From IMG/VR virus record IMGVR_UViG_3300025127_006147, positions 96,001 through 160,000 of that record: a stretch of 64,000 bases of DNA. The stretch is one strand, 5' to 3'. Made by a program: the position numbers and the translations under genes. Below are positions 57,629 to 64,000 of the stretch, one piece after another. Each line of letters starts with the position of its first letter. Position 1 is the first letter of the stretch. Source of the stretch: a virus. A model generated the notes under the pieces. That model made no database searches, was not told the DNA's origin, and worked only from the letters and a program-made list of their open reading frames with translations.

Positions 57629-58708
57629 ATGAAAGTAAAATTAGAGTACATTTGGTTGGACGGAAATGAACCAACACAAAAATTAAGAAGTAAAACCAAA
57701 GTTTGGGATTATGACCCAATGAATAATCCTAAGATGCAAACTAAAAGAACTATGGCATATAACGGTAGAGTGATACCTTGTCCTGAGGAATTACCTAACT
57801 GGAGTTTTGATGGTTCTTCTACACAACAAGCTATAGGGAATAGTTCAGATTGTATACTTAAACCAGTTCACGTTATAATGGACCCACAAAGATTAGATGG
57901 TTATCTAGTAATGTGTGAAGTTCTTAATTCAGACGGGACACCACACGTTAGTAATAAAAGGCATGACTTAATAGATGATGACCAGTACTGGTTTGGATTT
58001 GAACAAGAGTATACTTTAACTAAAACGGGAGGAGTTCCTCTAGGTTTCCCAGTTGAAGGTTTCCCTAAACCACAAGGAGATTACTATTGTGGTATTGGAG
58101 CGGAAAATGTCGTTGGACGTGATATAGTGGAAGAACACTTACAAGTTTGTTTAGAGGCTAATCTTAACATAACTGGAACCAATGCTGAAGTTATGTTAGG
58201 ACAATGGGAATACCAGTTGTTTTCTGAAGGGGCAAAAAAAGCTAGTGATGAATTGTGGTTATCTCGTTTCCTTTTAATGAGACTTACGGAAAAATATGAT
58301 TTGAAAGTAGATTTTACCCCTAAACCAGTAGAGGGAGATTGGAATGGTTCAGGACTTCACGTTAATTTCTCAAGTGACTTAACTAGAGAAGTGGGAGGTG
58401 ATGAAATGTTTAACTCTATTTGTGAAGAAATGGGAAAAAACCATAAAGAACACATTGATGTTTATGGTGAAGAAAATGAAAAAAGATTAACTGGTTTACA
58501 CGAAACACAACATATTAGTAAATTTAGTTATGGGGTAAGTGATAGAGGAGCTAGTATTCGTATTCCTATTTCTACTGTAGAAAATAACTGGAAAGGTTAT
58601 TTAGAAGATAGAAGACCAGCGAGTAATGCGGACCCTTATTTGTTAACCAGAACAATTTACGCTAGTCTAGTGAGAGCCGAAAATAAATTTAGAACAATAG
58701 AAGTATAA
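57629..58708 (+). CDS. glnII: Glutamine synthetase type II
   Basis: KLEYIWLDG, LRSKT, WSFDGSSTQQA, GFEQEY, NAEVMLGQWEYQ, PKPVEGDWNGSG, LTGLHET, RGASIRIP and YLEDRRPASNADPY. Confidence 0.95.
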   Translation: MKVKLEYIWLDGNEPTQKLRSKTKVWDYDPMNNPKMQTKRTMAYNGRVIPCPEELPNWSFDGSSTQQAIGNSSDCILKPVHVIMDPQRLDGYLVMCEVLNSDGTPHVSNKRHDLIDDDQYWFGFEQEYTLTKTGGVPLGFPVEGFPKPQGDYYCGIGAENVVGRDIVEEHLQVCLEANLNITGTNAEVMLGQWEYQLFSEGAKKASDELWLSRFLLMRLTEKYDLKVDFTPKPVEGDWNGSGLHVNFSSDLTREVGGDEMFNSICEEMGKNHKEHIDVYGEENEKRLTGLHETQHISKFSYGVSDRGASIRIPISTVENNWKGYLEDRRPASNADPYLLTRTIYASLVRAENKFRTIEV

Positions 58709-58710
58709 CA

Positions 58711-58989
58711 ATGAAATTAACTTTATTTAGTCAATGGGAATGTAAAACTTGTCTAGCTTTAAAAGATAAATTAAAAGACGAAAACCTACCTTATAAATTA
58801 ATAGAAGTTCTAGAACATCTAGAGTTGTGGGAGGGAATAAGACAACAACAATTAAAAGTAGACCCTAGTAGTATAATGTATACACCTACACTATTAGTAG
58901 AAAATAATGGAAAAGCTACATATGTTTCCGCTGGTAGAGATTTTGATACAGTTGAAGAGGCATTAGACAAACTAAAACAATATTTATAA
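58711..58989 (+). CDS. Glutaredoxin-like protein (CKTC)
   Basis: Trx-fold pattern CKTC...YTPTL. Confidence 0.65.
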   Translation: MKLTLFSQWECKTCLALKDKLKDENLPYKLIEVLEHLELWEGIRQQQLKVDPSSIMYTPTLLVENNGKATYVSAGRDFDTVEEALDKLKQYL

Positions 58990-58991
58990 TT

Positions 58992-59303
58992 ATGGAATTA
59001 ACAGATAATACATTAAAGACTACATTGAAAGACAATAAAGTAGTCTTAGTAGATTTTTGGGCAGAGTGGTGTGGACCGTGTAGAGTATTAGGACCCACAA
59101 TTGAAGAACTTGAAATAGATTTTAAAGATAAAGCTATTGTAGGTAAAGTTAATGTTACGGATAATCCAGAAGTTTCTTCCCAATACAAAGTAAGAAGTAT
59201 ACCTACTGTTATTATATACAAAAATGGTGAGGAAGTGGAAAGATTAGTGGGATTAAGAGACAAAACATTCTATAAAGATAAAATTAATTACTATTTAAAT
59301 TAA
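58992..59303 (+). CDS. trxA: Thioredoxin
   Basis: VDFWAEWCGPC and VRSIPT. Confidence 0.95.
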   Translation: MELTDNTLKTTLKDNKVVLVDFWAEWCGPCRVLGPTIEELEIDFKDKAIVGKVNVTDNPEVSSQYKVRSIPTVIIYKNGEEVERLVGLRDKTFYKDKINYYLN

Positions 59304-59304
59304 A

Positions 59305-59577
59305 ATGAAAACATTATTAATATATTCAGAGGAAGGATGTCCGTGGTGTACTAAAATGAAAGCTATGTTAGAAGAAAATGGTATAAAATTTTTAGTAAGG
59401 GACATTGATAGATATGATAAAGAATGGGAAAAAGTTAGTAAAGAAGCTAAAACTGACTATATACCCACCGCATGTATAGTAGACCACCAAGAAAAAAGTA
59501 AAACTTATTTAACACCAGATGTAGATTTCGAAGAAATTGAAGAAGGTGTAGAAAAAATTAAAATATTAATGAAATAA
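59305..59577 (+). CDS. Glutaredoxin-like protein (CPWC)
   Basis: YSEEGCPWC...YIPT. Confidence 0.75.
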   Translation: MKTLLIYSEEGCPWCTKMKAMLEENGIKFLVRDIDRYDKEWEKVSKEAKTDYIPTACIVDHQEKSKTYLTPDVDFEEIEEGVEKIKILMK

Positions 59578-60188
59578 TGGGATTAGATATTTCATATTAC
59601 CCCAATGTAAAACGTATACCTGATGAAGAAGTTCCAGAAGGTGTAGAAGCATTCAACAAAGAGTATGAGGAGTGGGAAAAAAAGAGATTTAATGAAGGTA
59701 ATAACACTTACTTATATTATTTAGACCCAGACCGGGGTTATTTTGGAGGTCATATGAAAGGTATAGAACCTGGTTGGTATGAAGTCCCACGAGATGATAG
59801 TAGTGTTAATTATTTTAGAGCGGGAAGTTATTCTGGATATAATAATTGGAGAAATGACCTTGCATTAGCTGCAGGATATGAAGGAGGAGCTGAAGAAGTG
59901 TGGTCAATGAGTGACCGACTCTATGAACCAGATAGTCCACCATTTTTAGAATTAATTAACTTTTCAGATTCAGAGGGCGTAATAGGTCCTGACGTAAGTA
60001 AAAAACTTTATAATGATTTTGTTAATTACGAAAACAAAATTAAACAAGAAGTAGATAGGTGGTATCTTAAAATACATCCAGAAAAAGCATATGGTGTAGA
60101 TGACACTAAATGGTTTTTATCTAAATATGAAGATTGGAAAAAAGCTTTTGAATCCGCATCCAAGGGTGGATTCGTTTCTTTCCACTAA
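59577..60188 (+). CDS. Conserved phage hypothetical protein
   Basis: MGLDI start; FRAGSYSGYN.WR..LA; PF.ELI.FSD.EG.IG. Confidence 0.55.
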   Translation: MGLDISYYPNVKRIPDEEVPEGVEAFNKEYEEWEKKRFNEGNNTYLYYLDPDRGYFGGHMKGIEPGWYEVPRDDSSVNYFRAGSYSGYNNWRNDLALAAGYEGGAEEVWSMSDRLYEPDSPPFLELINFSDSEGVIGPDVSKKLYNDFVNYENKIKQEVDRWYLKIHPEKAYGVDDTKWFLSKYEDWKKAFESASKGGFVSFH

Positions 60189-60191
60189 CCC

Positions 60192-60220
60192 TTGTCTATT
60201 CATTTTATTTTTCTTATTAT
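60192..60220 (+). promoter_or_regulatory. Sigma70-like promoter TTGTCT-N17-TATTAT
   Basis: Intergenic, before 60236. Confidence 0.4.
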
Positions 60221-60235
60221 TTTATCAAACATAAA

Positions 60236-60511
60236 ATGATGACCGAAGAAAATACAACCCTAGAACATATCAGAGAATTAAATCCCGAAGCTATAGTATT
60301 AGATGGTTTAGATGACGCTATAGTTGGAGTAGGACATTCAAAAGATTTAGAACCTAGGTTGATTTATTCAGTTAACATTATTATATTAACCCTTATGAAA
60401 CGTGACAAAATGACATTACCTGAAGCTAGAGAATTTTATGACTATAACATAGCTGATGGTTATTTCGGAAATCACGGACCCATATTTTTAGAATTACCCA
60501 GTAACAATTAA
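60236..60511 (+). CDS. Conserved phage hypothetical protein
   Basis: LDGLDDAIVGV...IYS...M...EA.EF.DYNI..GYFG...PIF. Confidence 0.6.
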   Translation: MMTEENTTLEHIRELNPEAIVLDGLDDAIVGVGHSKDLEPRLIYSVNIIILTLMKRDKMTLPEAREFYDYNIADGYFGNHGPIFLELPSNN

Positions 60512-60526
60512 AAAAAATTATCAAAC

Positions 60527-60757
60527 ATGGACGGAAAACAATTAATGTACAACGCACTCAAAACTCAATGTGAAGCAGAAAAAGCAGAAGCTGAGTTCAC
60601 ACTTAACAACTACATGATGAACAGTGTAGGGATTGGGGAACACCCACAACAAGTTGAAGAAGCTATGGCAGCTTTGGATAAACTTGCTGCAGCTAATGAC
60701 AAAATAGAAAATCTGGAAAGATTTATTGAAAAAGATAGAATGCACGGAACCAGATAA
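60527..60757 (+). CDS. Small coiled-coil phage protein
   Basis: NSVGIGEHPQ motif. Confidence 0.55.
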   Translation: MDGKQLMYNALKTQCEAEKAEAEFTLNNYMMNSVGIGEHPQQVEEAMAALDKLAAANDKIENLERFIEKDRMHGTR

Positions 60758-60788
60758 AAAAAAAATTAAAAAAAATACCCTCTGGGGG

Positions 60789-60816
60789 TTGACGGAGGGA
60801 TATTTTTTTATATAAT
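60789..60816 (+). promoter_or_regulatory. Sigma70-like promoter TTGACG-N16-TATAAT embedded in an imperfect inverted repeat
   Basis: Perfect -10 and a near-perfect -35; the arms aaaaaataccctc and gagggatatttttt flank the -35. Confidence 0.6.
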
Positions 60817-60893
60817 TGAAGGACGTTAGTGACTTTTACTATTTTATTAACTACTTATAATACTATTCAAAAATTACTTTAACACTAGAAACT

Positions 60894-62330
60894 ATGAATT
60901 TACGAGACGCACTTCAGACACAAGACACAGTAACCGAAAACGGGATGACAACTAACTCATCTACTTTAAATCACTGTGTAGACCTATTCTTCCAGATAGG
61001 TGCGATGAGAGGTATGGACAAGAAGCGACTTTTTTCTAAATTCTCAAAAGCGTACAACGAAGACGCTCTAGTAGCCATGAGAATTTTATTCTGGGCAAGA
61101 GACGTAAGAGGTGGAGCTGGTGAAAGACAAATTTTTAGAGATTTACTAGGTTGGTTGTGTAGAAATCACAGTGATGTACTGAACAAAAATGTTCACTTAA
61201 TTAGTGAATATGGAAGATGGGATGACATTTTGACACTTGTTGGTAGTACTAACTGTTGGTTGGAACCACTAAACTTAATCAAAACCGCTTTGGAGAACAA
61301 AGATGGGTTATGTGCAAAGTGGATGCCTAGAAAAGGAGTTAAAGCCAATACTATTAGAAAGTATATGAAAATGACACCTAAAGAGTATCGTAAAACTTTA
61401 GTAGGATTAACTAATGTGGTAGAAACCAGTATGTGTTCTAAGGAATGGGAGAATATCGATTATTCTAAATTACCATCCTTGGCATCATCTAGATATCAAA
61501 AAGCATTTCATAAAAATGACGGGGAAAGATATCGTGAGTATGTAGAGTCTTTGAAAAAAGGAACTGCTAAAATCAACGCGGGAGCGGTGTACCCTTACGA
61601 CATCACTAAGTCTCTGAGATTCGGTGATATCGATGTTTCTAGTGAACAATGGAAAGCTTTACCTAACTATATGGAAGGTTCCGAAGAAAGAATTCTTCCA
61701 GTAGTTGATGTCTCAGGTTCAATGGGGTGTTCTGCGGGAAATAATCCTAACCTTACTTGTATGGATGTGGCCATCTCCCTAGGTTTATACATTTCGGAAA
61801 GAAACGTAGGTCAATTCCACGATACGTTTATAACGTTCTCGGCACGACCACAACTTCAAGTACTTAATGGTAACCTAAGGGACAGAATGGACCAACTAGG
61901 ACGAGCGGACTGGGGTATGAACACGGACCTAGAAGCGACCTTTAAACTGATTTTAGACCAAGCTGTCAAACATCGAGTTTCACAAGATGAAATGCCAACA
62001 AAGGTATTGATTCTGTCAGACATGGAGTTTGATTCTGCTACAGGTAGACATAGAAATTGGGATGGTGTAACTGACTGGAATCCAACCGCACAACAAATGA
62101 TTAAAGGAATGTATAAAGATGCTGGATACGAAATGCCAGATGTCGTTTACTGGAACTTAAACGCTAGGAATGACAATTTCCCTACTTCAGTTAATGAGAT
62201 GGGAACAGCATTAGTATCTGGTTTCTCTCCTTCAATCATGAAAAGTGTTTTAACATGTGAGGAGTTTACACCTTACAAAATGATGATGGAGACTATCGAC
62301 TCACCTCGATACGAACCAATCACGGTCTGA
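60894..62330 (+). CDS. DUF2828 (TROVE/Ro-like) plus VWA protein
   Basis: TENG...SST, FWARDVRGGAGERQIFR, EYGRWDD, LCAKWMPR; VWA MIDAS VVDVSGSM, ILSDMEFD, WNL and SGFSP. Confidence 0.85.
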   Translation: MNLRDALQTQDTVTENGMTTNSSTLNHCVDLFFQIGAMRGMDKKRLFSKFSKAYNEDALVAMRILFWARDVRGGAGERQIFRDLLGWLCRNHSDVLNKNVHLISEYGRWDDILTLVGSTNCWLEPLNLIKTALENKDGLCAKWMPRKGVKANTIRKYMKMTPKEYRKTLVGLTNVVETSMCSKEWENIDYSKLPSLASSRYQKAFHKNDGERYREYVESLKKGTAKINAGAVYPYDITKSLRFGDIDVSSEQWKALPNYMEGSEERILPVVDVSGSMGCSAGNNPNLTCMDVAISLGLYISERNVGQFHDTFITFSARPQLQVLNGNLRDRMDQLGRADWGMNTDLEATFKLILDQAVKHRVSQDEMPTKVLILSDMEFDSATGRHRNWDGVTDWNPTAQQMIKGMYKDAGYEMPDVVYWNLNARNDNFPTSVNEMGTALVSGFSPSIMKSVLTCEEFTPYKMMMETIDSPRYEPITV

Positions 62331-62342
62331 TGGGTAGACCAA

Positions 62343-62612
62343 AGAATCTCTCCGGCAAAATTTAACTTTAAATCAAAACCAGAGAAGAGAGGTGGAAGTT
62401 ACTCCCCACCTGCCAAACTAAACAAGGGGTACTTAGTCTCAGGAGTCCTAAGTAAAATAAGAGTCCACAACTTGATTCTGACTACCCAGAAGATTTGACA
62501 ACTATCGTGACACGGTTGGAAGGTACATCAAAAGTGTTCACGTTTATATACAAAGGAAGGCTACAGCAATCTTAAAATTGTAACCAAATATGACAAATGA
62601 CCCCCTTCCTGA
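62343..62612 (+). ncRNA. Candidate structured non-coding RNA
   Basis: About 270 nt with no ORF, GC-enriched, containing several stems (TCTCT/AGAGA, GGTGG/CCACC, TACTTAG/CTAAGTA, AGGAAGG/CCTTCCT) and closed by a terminator. Confidence 0.45.
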
Positions 62613-62618
62613 ATTATT

Positions 62619-62648
62619 AAACCCTCAGTGACGACTGGGGGTTTTTTT
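62619..62648 (+). terminator. Intrinsic terminator
   Basis: AAACCCTCAGT-GACG-ACTGGGGG followed by T7. Confidence 0.8.
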
Positions 62649-62649
62649 A

Positions 62650-62681
62650 TTTGGTATTTTAAAATATTTTTCTTATCTTCG
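62650..62681 (+). promoter_or_regulatory. Bacteroidetes-type promoter variant TTTG-N20-TATCTTCG
   Basis: One mismatch to TAnnTTTG, upstream of the CCA enzyme gene. Confidence 0.55.
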
Positions 62682-62701
62682 TATTATTAAAATTAGAAAT
62701 T

Positions 62702-63436
62702 ATGCCAAAGATATTTGAAGTAGGAGGTTGTGTTAGAGATGAACTATTAGGGGTTCACACTAATGATATTGATTTTACTTTTGTATTAGATGATATTAAT
62801 CAGACAGTAGATGAAGGGTGGGAACAAATGTTAAATCACTTAAAATCCACAGGATTTAAAATATTTTTGGAGACAAAAGATTGTTTTACTGTGAGAGCTA
62901 AGTTCCCAAAAGGACATCAACACGAAGGTCTAGTTGCAGATTTTGTAATGGCAAGAAAAGAAGTTGGTGTAATTCCTGGTACTAGAAAACCAGTTCTTAG
63001 GTTGGGTACTTTAGAAGATGACTTAACTCGAAGAGATTTTACTCTTAACGCTTTAGCAAAAGATTTAGATGGTAACATTATAGATTTATTTGACGGACAA
63101 CTTCATTTGATTTTAAATTTGTTGATTACTCCCTTGGACCCAGTTACCACCTTTTTAGATGACCCTCTTCGTATGATTCGTGCACTCAGATTTCACATCA
63201 CCAGAGGTTTCCAAATTCACGAAACTGTATGGGAAGCAATTTTTACTCCAGGTCTTATAGATAAATTGGAAGAAGTTGTTTCACAAGAACGAATTCAAGG
63301 GGAAGTTATTAAAATGATGAAACATGACACAGTAAGAACTTTACGATTGTTTTCTAAGATTGATAAAGCAGAACCTAGATTATTAGAAATTATGTTTGGT
63401 GGTAACATGTGGCTACTACCAACAACTAAAAAATAA
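62702..63436 (+). CDS. CCA-adding tRNA nucleotidyltransferase / poly(A) polymerase family protein (short, no HD domain)
   Basis: VGGCVRD..LG...DIDF, VMARKE, DDLTRRDFTLNALA and DDPLRMIRALRF. Confidence 0.88.
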   Translation: MPKIFEVGGCVRDELLGVHTNDIDFTFVLDDINQTVDEGWEQMLNHLKSTGFKIFLETKDCFTVRAKFPKGHQHEGLVADFVMARKEVGVIPGTRKPVLRLGTLEDDLTRRDFTLNALAKDLDGNIIDLFDGQLHLILNLLITPLDPVTTFLDDPLRMIRALRFHITRGFQIHETVWEAIFTPGLIDKLEEVVSQERIQGEVIKMMKHDTVRTLRLFSKIDKAEPRLLEIMFGGNMWLLPTTKK

Positions 63437-63450
63437 AAATGAGTAGATTT

Positions 63451-63681
63451 TTATCTACTTTTGAGATAGTCAGTTATTAACTGTACCATTCCAGCATCAA
63501 AATATCTAGAATCAAACTCTGCTACTATTTCACTTGAGTCATCAGTTTCATGATATATCATATAACGAGGGTAATCAAAAGCGTCAGTGTATTCTACAAC
63601 TAGTTCACCATCTTTATAGTCGGTTCTACTAATTTCATCAATACTAAACTCTCTTAATAGTTTTATAATTTGATTTCTCAT
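63451..63681 (-). CDS. Small acidic protein with an LxE leader
   Basis: MRNQIIKLLREFSIDE; TATTTAT upstream (63698-63704, minus strand). Confidence 0.55.
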   Translation of the reverse strand: MRNQIIKLLREFSIDEISRTDYKDGELVVEYTDAFDYPRYMIYHETDDSSEIVAEFDSRYFDAGMVQLITDYLKSR

Positions 63682-63721
63682 TTGATTTGTTTTATTAATA
63701 AATATTAATTACTTTTGAAAT

Positions 63722-64000
63722 ATGGATGAAATAATATATATAGTATCTTTTATAATTTTTTTGATAGGAATTTCGGGGTCAATAGTTCCAGGAATACCAG
63801 GTCCCTTTATAAGTTATATGGGATTGGTTTTAATATACGGAACTACTGATTTTCCTGTGTCTACTGAAATGATGTGGATACTAGGGTTCTTTATGTTATT
63901 ATCTACTGTAGGTGACTATGTCTTACAGATATTAGGAGTCAAGAAGTTAGGTGGTGGTAAAAATGCCATTAGAGGTACAATAATAGGTACCATAATTGGG
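63722..64000 (+). CDS. DUF456 family membrane protein (3'-truncated)
   Basis: MDEIIYIVSFIIFLIGISGSIVPGIPGPFISYMGL...DYVLQILGVKKLGGGKNAIRGTIIGTIIG runs off the end of the window; missed by the ORF track. Confidence 0.75.
   Translation, partial: MDEIIYIVSFIIFLIGISGSIVPGIPGPFISYMGLVLIYGTTDFPVSTEMMWILGFFMLLSTVGDYVLQILGVKKLGGGKNAIRGTIIGTIIG

Noticed and set aside
62343-62612. tRNA or tRNA-like YrlA module next to the CCA enzyme
   Set aside because: I could not find a TpsiC loop or acceptor stem by eye, so it is kept only as a generic structured-RNA candidate.
1-64000. Stop-codon reassignment, as seen in some Bacteroidota phages
   Set aside because: Long intact genes tile the window under the standard code. 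Reading through the TAG stops I checked (18051-18053 and 41254-41256) does not join the downstream gene in frame.
1-64000. Bacterial chromosome origin (glnII, cysK, dnaJ, trxA, rpsU, sigma)
   Set aside because: These genes are scattered singly among virion, primase, SbcCD, RuvC and phage-typical hypothetical genes, with no ribosomal or metabolic operons.

Overview
This AT-rich window (about 30% GC by eye) is densely coded and looks like part of a large tailed phage genome infecting Bacteroidota, probably Flavobacteriia-like. The host call rests on five exact Bacteroidetes TTTG-N19/20-TAnnTTTG promoters, A-rich starts without Shine-Dalgarno sites, a Bacteroidetes-type RpoD sigma factor, ribosomal protein bS21 and an Hc1-like protein. 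Layout: 1-14.1 kb virion/tail proteins with tail-collar (DUF3751-like) half-domains; 14.1-20.4 kb RuvC, primase, a PD-(D/E)XK nuclease and SbcD/SbcC; 20.4-64 kb an accessory region with the sigma factor, four cell-wall hydrolases, DnaJ, a DruA-like protein, cysteine synthase, glutamine synthetase II, redoxins, and DUF932, PcfJ, DUF2828 and CCA-enzyme genes. Leading hypotheses: (1) About a dozen unrelated, often acidic proteins start with a short leader ending in L/I-x-E and sit behind a TATTTAT(A) motif. Several repeat that site internally between domains. They may be protease-matured capsid cargo or polyproteins, and include a paralogous 'WCT' domain family, a zincin, a DHH phosphoesterase and a lysozyme. 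(2) A DUF2828 (TROVE/Ro-like) gene, a structured intergenic RNA and a CCA-adding enzyme may form an RNA-repair module. (3) There is an unannotated 20-aa, 9-Cys mini-metallothionein. All family calls come from motif recognition by eye; no searches were run.
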